From contig CAWJWJ010000002.1 of the NCBI GenBank assembly GCA_963846575.1, positions 1,600,001 through 1,664,000 on the forward strand: a stretch of DNA of 64,000 bases. The letters run 5' to 3'. Positions 40,550 through 51,486 of this stretch are shown in pieces; position 1 is the stretch's first letter; every line of letters begins with the position of its first letter. The stretch comes from an uncultured Nitrospiraceae bacterium. GTDB taxonomy: Bacteria; Nitrospirota; Nitrospiria; Nitrospirales; Nitrospiraceae. The position numbers were made by a program, and so were the translations under genes. A model generated the notes under the pieces. The model was not told the origin of the DNA. It worked only from the letters and a program-made list of their open reading frames with translations, and made no database searches.

Positions 40550-41252
40550 TCGTCGGATACCTCGAAAGCCCCAGGTCCGATTCGGATGGTGCTGCCTCCT
40601 GCTCTGTGTGATCACCGGCTGCTCCGCCTCGCCGAGCACGAAGCAGCAAAAGGTGGAAACCGCCAAACTTCCGCCGCCGAAGACCATGGGGTCGCTGTGG
40701 CAGGAAGAAAACGGCCGGGCCTATCTGTACGAAGATCTTCGCGCCATGCGCATCGGAGACATCATCACCATTTCGATCGTCGAAAAACATAAGGGCTCGA
40801 AGAGCGCCGATACCAGCGCGGAAAAAGACTCCACCGTCTCGAACAGCCTGGCCGGCACCGGAGTCGGCTATCTCGGCATTCCGGGGATCCGGTTGGGTGG
40901 TGAAGCCAGACGCGGATTCGGTATCGACGCCAGCGCCAAAAACAAATTCGGTGGCAAGGGGGCGACGAATCGCGAAGACACGTTGACCGGCACCATCTCC
41001 GCCATTGTCACGGAAGTGCTGCCGAACGGCGATTTGCGAATCGAGGGGCGGCGGGAGGTGACGGTCAACTCGGAACGTCAAATCATGACGATCGGGGGCA
41101 TCGTCCGTCGCGTCGACGTCAATACGAAAAACACCGTGCAGTCGAGTGCCATTGCGGATGCCAAAATCGAATATTCCGGGCTCGGGGTCGTGGACGACGT
41201 CCAGCGTCCGGGCTGGTTCGTCCGGGTCTTGGATTGGGTCTATCCCTTCTGA
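40536..41252 (+). CDS. flgH: L-ring lipoprotein FlgH
   Basis: Lipobox ITGC, DLRAMRIGDIITI, VLPNGDLRIEG, IADAKIEYSG. Confidence 0.95.
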   Translation: MSVSNRRIPRKPQVRFGWCCLLLCVITGCSASPSTKQQKVETAKLPPPKTMGSLWQEENGRAYLYEDLRAMRIGDIITISIVEKHKGSKSADTSAEKDSTVSNSLAGTGVGYLGIPGIRLGGEARRGFGIDASAKNKFGGKGATNREDTLTGTISAIVTEVLPNGDLRIEGRREVTVNSERQIMTIGGIVRRVDVNTKNTVQSSAIADAKIEYSGLGVVDDVQRPGWFVRVLDWVYPF

Positions 41253-41295
41253 TCGCACAACCATCGGGAGCAGAGAGGCGGAGACAGGAGTCGTC

Positions 41296-42606
41296 ATGAC
41301 GATGCCACGCAAAGCACAGCGGACGAGGATCATGCAAAGCTTTCGCCTCATGGTTTCCAGCGGAGTGCTGCGAACGGCCGCCATGGATCCCGGCCTCCTG
41401 CCTCGTCCTTGGACGCCTCCCGCACCGGCTCCGGTTCGAGGGGCGGCGGCAGCGCCTCAGGGACATCCCTGGTTTCGTCGAGCGGTTGTCGGCATGGCGG
41501 CATTTCTGACAATCTCCTTGCTCACGGTCTCGATGGCCCAGGCCGTCCGTGTCAAGGACGTCGCCACCATCGAAGGCGTTCGCGAAAACCAGTTGATCGG
41601 ATACGGACTGGTCGTGGGTCTGGATCGCACGGGCGACCAGGTCATCGGTGGACAGTTCACCATTCAGGCCATGATGTCCATGTTGAACAAGATGGGCATC
41701 AATCTGGTCATCGATCCCATTCAGTTGCTGACGCGCAATATCGCGTCGGTCATGGTGACGGCGAAGCTTCCCCCGTTCGTCAAACCTGGCATGACGCTCG
41801 ATGCGGTCGTGTCTTCCATGGCGAATGCCAAGAGTCTCCAGGGCGGCACGTTGCTGTCGACACCGTTGAAAGCCCCCAACCAGCAGGTCTTTGCGGTGGC
41901 GCAGGGGCCGGTCTCCATCGGAGGGTTTCTGGGGGGGACCGGAGGGCCGGGCGGCGCCACGATTTCAAAAAATCACCAGGCGGCCGGGGTCGTTCCCGCC
42001 GGAGCCATCGTCGAAAAAGAACTGGTCGTCGATATCGAGACCTGGGATACGGTGTCGGTTCTCCTCCGGCATCCTGATTTCACCACCGCGATCAGGACGG
42101 CGGAAGCGATCGACGGCACATTTGGAAAGGGCACGGCCGTGCCGGTGAATGCGGGACTGGTCAAGACTACGCTTCCGTCAGTCTTCCATGGCCGGGTGGT
42201 CGAATACATCGCGACGATGGAGGGATTGGACGTGACGGTCGATGTCGCGGCCAAGGTGGTGGTGAACGAGCGCACCGGGACTGTGGTCTTAGGAGAACAT
42301 GTTCGCCTCTCAACCTGCGCCATCTCCCACGGCAACCTCACGATTTCGGTGAAAAATACCCTCAATGTCTCCCAACCCCCTGCACCCCTCATCGGGTCCA
42401 CGGGAGGGCAGACCACCGTTACGCCGGACGTGCAGACTGAGGTCACCGAACAGGAATCGCGCCTCATAGTCGTCGATCAAACGGTGACACTCGGAGAGGT
42501 GGTGCGTGCGTTGAATGCGGTGGGGGTGACGCCGCGCGATCTGGTGGCCATTCTCTCCGCGCTACGATCGGCAGGCGCACTTCAAGCGAACCTTGAGATC
42601 GTGTAG
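41296..42606 (+). CDS. flgI: P-ring protein FlgI
   Basis: RVKDVATIEGVRENQLIGYGLVVGL, AKSLQGGTLL, VNERTGTVV; start uncertain (41296 with AGGAG RBS, or 41494). Confidence 0.95.
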   Translation: MTMPRKAQRTRIMQSFRLMVSSGVLRTAAMDPGLLPRPWTPPAPAPVRGAAAAPQGHPWFRRAVVGMAAFLTISLLTVSMAQAVRVKDVATIEGVRENQLIGYGLVVGLDRTGDQVIGGQFTIQAMMSMLNKMGINLVIDPIQLLTRNIASVMVTAKLPPFVKPGMTLDAVVSSMANAKSLQGGTLLSTPLKAPNQQVFAVAQGPVSIGGFLGGTGGPGGATISKNHQAAGVVPAGAIVEKELVVDIETWDTVSVLLRHPDFTTAIRTAEAIDGTFGKGTAVPVNAGLVKTTLPSVFHGRVVEYIATMEGLDVTVDVAAKVVVNERTGTVVLGEHVRLSTCAISHGNLTISVKNTLNVSQPPAPLIGSTGGQTTVTPDVQTEVTEQESRLIVVDQTVTLGEVVRALNAVGVTPRDLVAILSALRSAGALQANLEIV

Positions 42607-42623
42607 GAAAGGGATCGGCCATT

Positions 42624-42953
42624 ATGGACATGACTAATCTCATTACCGGGCAGGTCGACCTGGCACGAATGTCCGCCTCACAGCCGGTTACCCTGGGTGG
42701 GGTAGGGGATGCCGTACGGGCAGGGGAGAGGACCGGAGCCGAGCTGCACAAGGCCGCACAGGAATTCGAATCGTACTTTATCTCCTATCTTATGAAAAAC
42801 ATGCGCGAAACTGTCCCCAAAGGACTCTTCGACAGGAAGGGAGAGCAGGTCTGGTATTCGTTCTACGACCAGGAGATCGCAAAACTGGCCACGCAAGCGG
42901 GAGGAATCGGCATCACGGCTTTCGTCGATGCCTATACGGAAAAACACCGCTGA
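42624..42953 (+). CDS. flgJ: Rod-binding protein FlgJ (short, no muramidase domain)
   Basis: AAQEFESYFISYLMKNMRETVP..YDQEIA..GGIGI. Confidence 0.88.
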   Translation: MDMTNLITGQVDLARMSASQPVTLGGVGDAVRAGERTGAELHKAAQEFESYFISYLMKNMRETVPKGLFDRKGEQVWYSFYDQEIAKLATQAGGIGITAFVDAYTEKHR

Positions 42954-42967
42954 TCTCGGCATTCTCC

Positions 42968-42995
42968 TAAAGTTCCCCGGCCATTTCGCCGATAG
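42968..42995 (+). promoter_or_regulatory. Sigma28 promoter of flgM-flgN-flgK-flgL
   Basis: TAAAGTTC-N12-GCCGATAG. Confidence 0.8.
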
Positions 42996-43054
42996 AGTAC
43001 TCGGCTAGGGGAAAGTCCCAGACGGGACGCCCGGGAATTGGGAGGAGAAGAGCC

Positions 43055-43360
43055 ATGGAGATCTCACAGAACGGCAGATCCGCAGATCTCGCGAAAATCC
43101 TGCTGGGAGTCCAAGGGACGGACCGGACTCAGAGCAAGAAAACGGCATCCCACAATGCCGGGACTCAAGACCAGGTACAGATATCCGACCAGGCCAAGGA
43201 ACTGCAGCGCCTCAGGGCGGCGGCCGAACAGCCCAATACGGAACGAGACGCCAAGGTTGACCAGATCAAACAGTCGGTGGAGGGCGGAACCTATAGGATC
43301 GATGGCAAGCAGGTTGCGGACGCCATGATTCGCAGTGTCCTGACCGATTCGGTCCTGTAA
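43055..43360 (+). CDS. flgM: Anti-sigma28 factor FlgM
   Basis: DQVQISD..KVDQIKQSVEGGTYRIDGKQVADAM. Confidence 0.93.
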   Translation: MEISQNGRSADLAKILLGVQGTDRTQSKKTASHNAGTQDQVQISDQAKELQRLRAAAEQPNTERDAKVDQIKQSVEGGTYRIDGKQVADAMIRSVLTDSVL

Positions 43361-43438
43361 CCCTTCACTCATCGGCTCGATCCGTCGTTCCAGACAGGTG
43401 ACGAACCATACTCACCCTTCCGATGAGGGACCTCCTCG

Positions 43439-43885
43439 ATGACCCGTCAGCAACCCTTAGCGACAGCCCCTGAAACCCCGGTCCGACGGATGCTCGAGAA
43501 GATTCTCGCGTTTCAAGGGTTGCTCATTGAAGAACAACAAGCCATTCGCTCCCTGTCGTTCGGGCAGTTCACAACGGTAACCTCGCGTAAATCTCAACTG
43601 CTGGACGAGATTCGAACTCTCGAGCAACAACGCCGGGCGCTCCTCTCCCGTTCAGGTGATCAGGCCCTTCTTCCTGCGATACAACAACAGGAGGCCGAAC
43701 TCGCCGCCGCCATCGGACAGACCGACCGACTGAACCGGTTGAACGGAGCGCTGATCGGCCAATCGCTCGAATTCCTGGAAGGGACGTTACGGCTCTGGCA
43801 GCGCTCGCCGGAATCGGCGGCCCTCTACTCTTCCTCCGGCGCACATGTTCCCGACACGACACGCAGCGTAGGAACCACGGGATAA
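43439..43885 (+). CDS. flgN: Export chaperone FlgN
   Basis: Helical, LNRLNGALIGQSLEF..YSSSG; located between flgM and flgK. Confidence 0.85.
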   Translation: MTRQQPLATAPETPVRRMLEKILAFQGLLIEEQQAIRSLSFGQFTTVTSRKSQLLDEIRTLEQQRRALLSRSGDQALLPAIQQQEAELAAAIGQTDRLNRLNGALIGQSLEFLEGTLRLWQRSPESAALYSSSGAHVPDTTRSVGTTG

Positions 43886-43895
43886 CGAGGATCGT

Positions 43896-45290
43896 ATGGC
43901 TGGACTCAACGGTTTGTTCGGCATCGGGTCCAATGCCCTGGCCACTTACCAGCGTGCGCTGTCCGTGACCGGTCAAAATATCGCGAACGTCAATACCCCC
44001 GGTTATTCCCGCCAGGAGGTGGTTCTGAGCGCCACCCTTCCGGAACACGGCCGCCCCGGCCAGATTGGAACCGGCGTCGAAGCCACTGAGGTCCGGCGTT
44101 CCGTGGATACGTTCGTCGAACAGCAATTGTTGAACTCACACGAACGGCTCGGTGAGTACGGAGCTTCACAAAGTGCGCTCTCCCAAATAGAGCCCATTTT
44201 CTCCGATTCGAACGATCAGGGCGTAGCCGCAGGGCTGAACGAGTTCTTCAAGGCCTGGCAGGATGTCGCCACCAATCCCGCCGACCTGACGAGTCGAACG
44301 GTGCTGCTCTCGAAAGCCGACGTGGTGGCCAAGCGTCTCAACGAAACCACCACCCAGCTCTCCTCTCAACGGACCTCTTTGGACGGTCAAATCCAGCAGG
44401 GCATCACCGACGTCAACCAACTGTCCAGCCAGATCGCCACTCTCAATGGTCAGATCAAGTTAGTCGAGGTCAGCGGTCAGCAGGCCAATGACCTGCGCGA
44501 CCAGCGGGGCCAGCTGCTGAACAAGCTGGGCGGATTGATCGATATCTCTGCCCTCGAGGACTCCACCGGACAAGTCACGGTATCGGTCGGAATCGGGCAG
44601 GTCTTGGTGGCTCAGCAGACTGCCTTCAGGCTCACCGGCGTCTCCAACTCCGGCAACGCGGGTCTTCTGGACGTGCACTACGACAATGGCAGCGGCACGA
44701 CGACCGATCTGACCTCGGTCATCCGGAGCGGCGGCCTGAAGGGGTTGATCGATGCGCGCGATACGACAGCCGCCGGGCTGCAGACGTCGCTCGATACGCT
44801 GGCCTCCCAGATCGTCACGCAAGTCAATACCCGGCATCGTACGGGGTATGGATTGGATGGATCCACGACCCAGGATTTCTTTGCAGCAGGGGGAACCACG
44901 GCCGCCACGATCAGTGTCGGCTTGACCGATCGCCGCCAGATCGCGGCCTCTTCCACCGCAGCGGGAGTTCCCGGTAACAATGCCAATGCCCTGGCAGTCG
45001 CCGCCCTGCAGACGACCGCCCTTGCAGGGCTGGGCAACGCCACGTTCCATGACTACTACAGCGCCATGGCCGGAAGTTTTGGTTCAACCCTGAAGGGGGC
45101 TCAAGACGATTTGCAGGGACAGGAGCTGCTGCACGGGCAATTAGAATCCCATCGAGCGGAGGTCTCAGGGGTTTCGATGGATGAAGAACTGATCAACCTG
45201 TTGAAGTACCAGCGTGCCTTTCAGGCAGCGTCCAAATTGATCACGACCAGTGATGAAATGTTGCAGACGATCCTGTCCCTCAAACGATAG
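43896..45290 (+). CDS. flgK: Hook-associated protein FlgK
   Basis: VTGQNIANVNTPGYSRQ, ANDLRDQR, SGVSMDEELINL. Confidence 0.97.
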   Translation: MAGLNGLFGIGSNALATYQRALSVTGQNIANVNTPGYSRQEVVLSATLPEHGRPGQIGTGVEATEVRRSVDTFVEQQLLNSHERLGEYGASQSALSQIEPIFSDSNDQGVAAGLNEFFKAWQDVATNPADLTSRTVLLSKADVVAKRLNETTTQLSSQRTSLDGQIQQGITDVNQLSSQIATLNGQIKLVEVSGQQANDLRDQRGQLLNKLGGLIDISALEDSTGQVTVSVGIGQVLVAQQTAFRLTGVSNSGNAGLLDVHYDNGSGTTTDLTSVIRSGGLKGLIDARDTTAAGLQTSLDTLASQIVTQVNTRHRTGYGLDGSTTQDFFAAGGTTAATISVGLTDRRQIAASSTAAGVPGNNANALAVAALQTTALAGLGNATFHDYYSAMAGSFGSTLKGAQDDLQGQELLHGQLESHRAEVSGVSMDEELINLLKYQRAFQAASKLITTSDEMLQTILSLKR

Positions 45291-45319
45291 TCGATGGCGA
45301 CTGACGGGGAGTGGAACCC

Positions 45320-46210
45320 ATGAGAGTGGCTGACCAACAGATCTACGGAACGCTGTTAAACAATCTCCAACGCTCACGTTCTCACATTCTCACCGCTCAA
45401 GAACAAATTTCAAGCCAGAAGCGGGTGGCGACTCCGTCTGACGACCCCGGCGCCTTCGGACAGATTGTGCTGGGGAAGTCGGCCCTCGCACAGAACACAC
45501 AATGGACTCGCAATATCAATTTCGGCACGGCCAGGGTGGATGCGGCGGACCAGGCATTGGCGCAGTCCCAAAATCTGATCTCACGCGTTCGCGAACTGAC
45601 GGTGCAAGCCGCCAGCGACACGACATCGGCGGAAGGGCGTAGCACCATCGCCAAAGAAGTCCGCCAGATTCAGCGCCAACTGGTACAGCTGGGAAATACG
45701 GAAGTGGCAGGACAGGCGATTTTCGCCGGGACGAAGACTGACGTCACGCCGTTCACGATCACCTCGGGCGATACGGTGGCGTACCAGGGCAATACCGAAA
45801 CCCAGTCGATCGCAGTCAGTGAAAATCAGACTGTGCAAATTCTGATTCCCGGGAGCAGTATCTTTACCGGATCGACGACAAATATCTTCGACTCTCTGCG
45901 GGATCTGCTCACCGCCCTTGAGGGGAACAACGTCAACGGCGTCCAAACCGGTCTCGGCAATCTTGATCTCGCCACGGCTCAGATCAGTGATGCGCAGGGC
46001 ACGATCGGGGCCTTGGGAAACCGGCTCCAAATCACCCGGGATGCCTTGGACACGGCCAATCTGACCATTTCAAAATCCATTTCCGACAATCAGGATGTTG
46101 ATTTGGCCACGGCCATCACCCAGCTCAGTCTCCAACAAGTCTCGGTGCAGGCGGCCAGCCAGGCCTTCAGTCGAATTTTCGACACCTCTCTCCTGAACTA
46201 CCTCCGCTAA
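45320..46210 (+). CDS. flgL: Hook-associated protein FlgL
   Basis: QISSQKRVATPSDDP, IFAGTKT, SLLNYLR. Confidence 0.95.
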   Translation: MRVADQQIYGTLLNNLQRSRSHILTAQEQISSQKRVATPSDDPGAFGQIVLGKSALAQNTQWTRNINFGTARVDAADQALAQSQNLISRVRELTVQAASDTTSAEGRSTIAKEVRQIQRQLVQLGNTEVAGQAIFAGTKTDVTPFTITSGDTVAYQGNTETQSIAVSENQTVQILIPGSSIFTGSTTNIFDSLRDLLTALEGNNVNGVQTGLGNLDLATAQISDAQGTIGALGNRLQITRDALDTANLTISKSISDNQDVDLATAITQLSLQQVSVQAASQAFSRIFDTSLLNYLR

Positions 46211-46217
46211 CCCGCCC

Positions 46218-46245
46218 TTAAGTTCACTTTCATCCCGACCGATAC
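46218..46245 (+). promoter_or_regulatory. Sigma28 promoter of csrA-fliW
   Basis: TTAAGTTC-N12-ACCGATAC. Confidence 0.7.
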
Positions 46246-46283
46246 AGCCCTGTACCTGTATCCACAAGCCAAGGAAGGCTGCC

Positions 46284-46529
46284 ATGCTCGTGTTATCCAG
46301 ACGTCGAGGAGAAGGCGTCACCATCGGTCCGGACGTCCGCATTGTCGTACTCGGCATCAAAGGCGGACAGGTGAGGCTCGGAATTGAAGCACCGCCCAAG
46401 GTGGAGGTCCATCGGGACGAGGTCCATGCGAGGATTCAAGAAGAAAATCGGAGCGCGGCGGGTCCGGGCGTGATTCCGCTCGAAGCCTTCCGCCAATTGT
46501 CGAATAAAAGCGGGCGCCGTGGAACCTGA
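46284..46529 (+). CDS. csrA: Translational regulator CsrA
   Basis: MLVLSRRRGE..QVRLGIEAP..VHRDE; C-terminal extension (IQEENRSAA) typical of FliW-regulated CsrA. Confidence 0.96.
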   Translation: MLVLSRRRGEGVTIGPDVRIVVLGIKGGQVRLGIEAPPKVEVHRDEVHARIQEENRSAAGPGVIPLEAFRQLSNKSGRRGT

Positions 46530-46538
46530 GGTGGCCTT

Positions 46539-47015
46539 ATGAAGGGTGAGTCGACGCGGTTTGGGACGTTCGAGGTACCGGATGACCGGGTGCTGGTGTT
46601 CCCGTCAGGCATCCTGGGATTCCCGGAATGGACAAAATACGTGCTGCTTGATCATGACACGGATGCGCCGTTCAAATGGCTGCAGTGCATGGAAGCCCCC
46701 CAATTGGCATTCGTGGTCCTGGACCCTGCGTTGTTCAAGCCTGATTACCAGATTCAGATTCCTCTGGATGGCCTGATCGAGATCCAGAAGCAGGATAGCG
46801 ATGAACTGTCGGTCGTGACCGTTCTGACTATTCCCTCACATGATCCCGGCGCAGTGACCGCCAATCTACGAGGCCCGTTGGTCATGAACCACCGCACCAG
46901 ACTCTGCAAACAATTGGTGCTGTCGGAAGATCTGCCGACCCGCTATCCGCTTTTTTCCCGTGCTACCGCCCAACATCCATCGAGCGACCTGCCTCTTCAG
47001 GCATCCGCCTGTTGA
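46539..47015 (+). CDS. fliW: Flagellar assembly factor FliW
   Basis: STRFG..FPSGILGF..FKWLQ..TANLRGPLVMN. Confidence 0.95.
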   Translation: MKGESTRFGTFEVPDDRVLVFPSGILGFPEWTKYVLLDHDTDAPFKWLQCMEAPQLAFVVLDPALFKPDYQIQIPLDGLIEIQKQDSDELSVVTVLTIPSHDPGAVTANLRGPLVMNHRTRLCKQLVLSEDLPTRYPLFSRATAQHPSSDLPLQASAC

Positions 47016-47135
47016 GCCTCCGGCAGAAGCCACCCTCATCGTAGGTCTTCCGGGACATCGCCACACCAAGCGCCGCCCGTTCACGGGCAGAGGCTCAATC
47101 GACCGCCATGTGTGATGTGAAAAAATGTCGAACTG

Positions 47136-49967
47136 TCAGCTCTTATTGATCTGGCGTGTCAGGACGTCAACGAGCTGGTCAACGGTGCGTTGAAGTTGCA
47201 CCAGCAGGGCGGGGGACTCTGCGAGGGTGCCGAGCCGACCGGTTGCTTCCAACTGGCTAGCCAGCAACACCACATCCGGTGCGCATAGATTTCCGGCCGT
47301 GCCCTTCATGCTATGGGCCGCACGTTCAAGTGCCACGCTATCGCCCCGGCCGATGGCGATCTCAATTTCATTCACCATGGAGCGATGCCGATCGACAAAC
47401 AGGCGAATCAGTTGATCGAAGAGGACGAGGTCTCCGCCGATATTCGTGAGCATCATAGTGGCATCAAAGATGCTGGCATCGCTTTTGGACATCTCACGTA
47501 CCGGGGTAGGGGCGGGGACCGCTTCGATCGGTGCCAACGGAACCCACCGCTGCAAAATACTACCCAGATCGTCGGTCTTCACCGGTTTGGAGAGGTAGTC
47601 ATCCATTCCGGCGGCCTTGCAACGCTCGCGGTCTCCCTGCATGGCATTCGCGGTGAGCGCAATGATGGGGACGTGGGCCCGGTCCCGAGACACCTCGCCT
47701 TCCTGCTCCTGCTCGCGAATGCGGCGCGTCGCCTCATACCCGTCCATGACCGGCATCTGGCAATCCATCACGATCGCGGAATACAGCTCGCGATCGAAGG
47801 CGGCCAGCGCCTCCTCGCCGTTCGAAACAATGTCCGGCTGGTAGCCGAGGCGCTCGAGCATCCGGACCGCCAGCTTCTGATTGACCAGATTATCCTCCGC
47901 TACGAGAATACGCGGACGATTGCGCTGCTCAGCCAGCGTATGTCGCGTCACGAGGGCCGGCATGTCCGCCGTCGACCTCCTTGCACCGGGAGCTGGCGCC
48001 GCCGCCGCTTGTTGCAATCCGAATACCACACGCAGACAGCCCTGCAGCTGATCGTGACGGACCGGCTTCGTGAGATACGCGTTGAACCCCGCCCGCCGCG
48101 CCCGCTCCGCATGACCGGGCTGAAAGAGCGACGTCAACACGATGAGCTGGAGCGGCGCGTTATGCGGCTGTGATTTGATCTCCTGCGCGAGTTGGAGGCC
48201 GTCCTTTCCAGGCATGACCATATCAAGCACGGCTACGTCATAGGGCAGGCCTTCGCTGGCGGCCCGATTCAGCAGCTGCATGGCTTCGTCCGCATCTTTC
48301 GCCTGATCGTCTTGCATCCCCCACCCGGACACCAGATGATGCAGAATCGTTCGATTCGATTCGTTGTCGTCGACGATGAGAATGCGGCGTCCCGTCAGTT
48401 CGGCAGAGGGAACGATGGCCGGCGGACAGACCGACTGTTTCTGAAACGTCGCCGTACACCAGAACGTGGTTCCTTCGCCAAGCCGGCTGCGCACTCCGAC
48501 TTTCCCACCCATGAGTTCAATCAGTTGCTTGGAAATCGCCAGGCCGAGACCGGTGCCGCCGTACTTGCGGGTTGTGGAGCTGTCGGCTTGTGCAAAGGGT
48601 TGAAACAACCGATTCTGGACTTCTTCACTGATCCCGATGCCTGAATCCGTGACCTCGAACCGGATCGTGACGGCGGAGGCGGATTCGCTCTCCTGAAAGG
48701 CCTGGAGCGCCACTTCCCCGGACTCGGTGAACTTGATGGCATTACCCATAAAATTCGTCAGGACCTGCCGTAAGCGGGCAGGATCGCCGCGCAAGGCATT
48801 GGGCACCGCGGCATGCACCAGACCGGTGATCTCAAGACCTTTACGCTGAGCACGCTCGGCAAACTGGGAGAGCACGTCTTCCACCGTCGTGCGCAGGTGG
48901 AAGTCCAACGTCTCCAACTCCAGTTTTCCGGCTTCGATTTTACTGCACTCCAGGACGTCGTTGATCAGATAGAGCTGAGCCTCTCCGCATTGCTGAATCG
49001 TTTGCGCGAACGATCGTTGCTCTTCGCTGAGTTCCGTATCGAGCAGGAGACCGGCCATGCCGATCACACCGTTCATCGGCGTCCGTAGCTCGTGACTGAT
49101 GGTCGCGAGAAACGTCGATTTGGCACGGGTAGCCGCCTGGGCCTGTTGCAACGCTTGATCCAGTTGGCGATTGCTTTCGCGGAGATGGTCGGCCGTCTCG
49201 TTGAGCGCGCGGTGGGCGGCATATACGTCACTCAGATCCCTGGCATAGGCACGCACGAGGGCATGAGTGGCTACCGGGCAGAGGGTCCAACTATAACAGG
49301 CGTCGCCACGCACCACCTCGTGAGACGCCAGGCTGCGTCCCTCACGCAGGCAGGTGCTCACCAGATCAAGGAGATTGTCAGGCAGAATTTCAGGTTTGCC
49401 GGTTGCGTCATAACCGAACCGGCATATCACTTCGACCATGGCGGGATTGACGTACACCAGCGTACCGTCTCCATCGAGTTCGACAACCGGGTAGGGGCTT
49501 TCCTCCGCCACTGCCGCCAGACGATTCCGGTCCTGCTCCAGCTCACGCTCATGGGATATATCGCGAAGGGTCAGAAGAGCGGCAACCGCCGGAACCCCTG
49601 ATAGGCGGAGTTGCTGCCATTCGACGACGGTGACCAGGCGCTGCTCGGAGCTCGTCCTGGTCCCGGTAGGTTCGGCCGAGGATGCGCGTGCATCTGCCAA
49701 CTTCCATATGCCGGTCGCACGGAGCGACGCGTTCAAATCGAGACGCTGGCCGACGAGGTCCTCCAGAGATTTTCCCACACAGTCCGCCGTCGAACGGCGG
49801 AGAAGCCGGGCCGCGCTCCGATTGGCGAAGAGGATGTTCTGGTCCGCGGACAGCAGACAAATTCCCAGCGGCATTGCGTCCCACAAGAGGGCGGCGAGAT
49901 CCGGGGAGAGTGCGAGTCCTGCAGGATCCTGAGGGGTCGTGACACGTGAATGGGGGCTGCGATGCAT
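47136..49967 (-). CDS. Hybrid sensor kinase (2 PAS, HisKA, HATPase, 2 REC, Hpt)
   Basis: [29 protein letters not shown], two receiver domains, Hpt AAHSMKG. Confidence 0.93.
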   Translation of the reverse strand: MHRSPHSRVTTPQDPAGLALSPDLAALLWDAMPLGICLLSADQNILFANRSAARLLRRSTADCVGKSLEDLVGQRLDLNASLRATGIWKLADARASSAEPTGTRTSSEQRLVTVVEWQQLRLSGVPAVAALLTLRDISHERELEQDRNRLAAVAEESPYPVVELDGDGTLVYVNPAMVEVICRFGYDATGKPEILPDNLLDLVSTCLREGRSLASHEVVRGDACYSWTLCPVATHALVRAYARDLSDVYAAHRALNETADHLRESNRQLDQALQQAQAATRAKSTFLATISHELRTPMNGVIGMAGLLLDTELSEEQRSFAQTIQQCGEAQLYLINDVLECSKIEAGKLELETLDFHLRTTVEDVLSQFAERAQRKGLEITGLVHAAVPNALRGDPARLRQVLTNFMGNAIKFTESGEVALQAFQESESASAVTIRFEVTDSGIGISEEVQNRLFQPFAQADSSTTRKYGGTGLGLAISKQLIELMGGKVGVRSRLGEGTTFWCTATFQKQSVCPPAIVPSAELTGRRILIVDDNESNRTILHHLVSGWGMQDDQAKDADEAMQLLNRAASEGLPYDVAVLDMVMPGKDGLQLAQEIKSQPHNAPLQLIVLTSLFQPGHAERARRAGFNAYLTKPVRHDQLQGCLRVVFGLQQAAAAPAPGARRSTADMPALVTRHTLAEQRNRPRILVAEDNLVNQKLAVRMLERLGYQPDIVSNGEEALAAFDRELYSAIVMDCQMPVMDGYEATRRIREQEQEGEVSRDRAHVPIIALTANAMQGDRERCKAAGMDDYLSKPVKTDDLGSILQRWVPLAPIEAVPAPTPVREMSKSDASIFDATMMLTNIGGDLVLFDQLIRLFVDRHRSMVNEIEIAIGRGDSVALERAAHSMKGTAGNLCAPDVVLLASQLEATGRLGTLAESPALLVQLQRTVDQLVDVLTRQINKS

Positions 49968-49969
49968 CC

Positions 49970-51280
49970 TTAGTTCCCGGTCAAGGCCGTTTCGAAATAC
50001 ACTGGAAGATCCACATGCTCCTGGTTGGGATCCAAGGCACGGAGAATCGCGCGCGTGGGCTCGTCGGAGCTCGAGACCGTCAGGTCGACATCGAGGGGGG
50101 TTTTGTGCAGATCCCCCGCCGGCCCGCTGATGATGCGAATCCTTGGTTTCAAACGATCCGTGTGATTGATGCCCGTCACCACGGCCTTCTCACTGGTGTT
50201 GAGCTTGATGAGGCTCCCGATAGGGTACACACCCAACGCTTTGATCGCGACCTCAATCAGCGCCTTGTCGTACCGGCCTTTCTCGCCCAATACGAAAAGC
50301 TGGCGGATCGCATCGTGGGGCAGGAGGGGCGGCCGCCCATGCCGGGAACCGACCATTCCGTCATAGGTATCGACCACGCTGACCAGTTGCGCCAATGTCG
50401 AGATAGCTCCCTTTCTCAGTCTGTTGGGAAAGCCATTGCCGTCTAACCATTCATGATGTTGGGCAATGATGCGGACAGCCTCCTCCGGCAGAGCGTCCCC
50501 CTGGGAGAGCAGGGTGGCAGCCAGGCGGGGATGCTGCTGCATGAGCGTCTGCTCCGGCTCGGTCAAGGCGCTGTTTTTTTTGTACACGTTCCGCGGTAGT
50601 CGCACATAGCCGATGTCATGGAGCAGCGCCCCGATCCCGAGCACTTCCCGCTCGGCCTCCTCACAGCCATATTCCACTCCGACGATGAGCGCCAGGACAC
50701 AGACATCGAGCCCATGGGAGGCGAGGGTGCGATCGTAGCGCCGCATCTTCTCGAGAAAGAATCGGGTCATCATCGATTCCGGATGCGCGAGTATCCGGGT
50801 CATGAGGCCCGTGACAATGTGTTTCAGGGTCGCGATCTTCGGCGACTGCCCGGCTTCGAGTTCTCTGAAGACCCGTTCCATGGCCTCCAACCCCTCGCGG
50901 TAGGCCATCTTCGCCGCAACGGCTGACTGGGCCAGAATTTCTGGTTCTGCTGAATTGAGGTCCTCGGCGGGATCGTGATCTGCGGATACCTCGTCGATCT
51001 TAGAGGAATGAGGTGGTGTCTCAGCGGCCGGGTCAGGGGAAACCGTTTCAGCGCTTGCCCCGGAGGTCTGTTCGTCCACCACTTGTCCCGCATCCACTCC
51101 ACGTTCGAGATCGATCGTGACCTCGCGAATCCCATGGCGCATCAATTGAGTAATGTCTTCGGGGTTGGTCACCAGCCATTTATGCAAAAGGAACGGCGTG
51201 CGATACCAGGGCTGATCCATGCCCACGATATACATACCTGGTTTTAATTGGGCGATCGGAATTCGTTTGATAGAATCCAT
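49970..51280 (-). CDS. HD-GYP family c-di-GMP phosphodiesterase-like protein with DUF3391-like N-terminus
   Basis: [13 protein letters not shown]-terminus; [32 protein letters not shown]; start taken at ATG 51280. Confidence 0.88.
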   Translation of the reverse strand: MDSIKRIPIAQLKPGMYIVGMDQPWYRTPFLLHKWLVTNPEDITQLMRHGIREVTIDLERGVDAGQVVDEQTSGASAETVSPDPAAETPPHSSKIDEVSADHDPAEDLNSAEPEILAQSAVAAKMAYREGLEAMERVFRELEAGQSPKIATLKHIVTGLMTRILAHPESMMTRFFLEKMRRYDRTLASHGLDVCVLALIVGVEYGCEEAEREVLGIGALLHDIGYVRLPRNVYKKNSALTEPEQTLMQQHPRLAATLLSQGDALPEEAVRIIAQHHEWLDGNGFPNRLRKGAISTLAQLVSVVDTYDGMVGSRHGRPPLLPHDAIRQLFVLGEKGRYDKALIEVAIKALGVYPIGSLIKLNTSEKAVVTGINHTDRLKPRIRIISGPAGDLHKTPLDVDLTVSSSDEPTRAILRALDPNQEHVDLPVYFETALTGN

Positions 51281-51356
51281 TGTCACGCCTGGCGTACGGG
51301 CTTCAACCGACCTGAGAAGCGAACAGTTCGCCTTCGCTGGTCCTTCCGTAGGGACC

Positions 51357-51384
51357 ATATCGGTTGATGAGGACTCGGTCTTAA
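51357..51384 (-). promoter_or_regulatory. Sigma28-like promoter of the HD-GYP/hybrid kinase operon
   Basis: Minus strand TTAAGACC-N12-ACCGATAT. Confidence 0.6.
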
Positions 51385-51486
51385 CCCCCGGTCCTGGACG
51401 GAAGGGGAATGAACCTGTAGATTCCAGGCTCATGCGCCGATGTAGCTCATCACTATCCGTTGCTATGCATCCGTAGGAGACGATCC

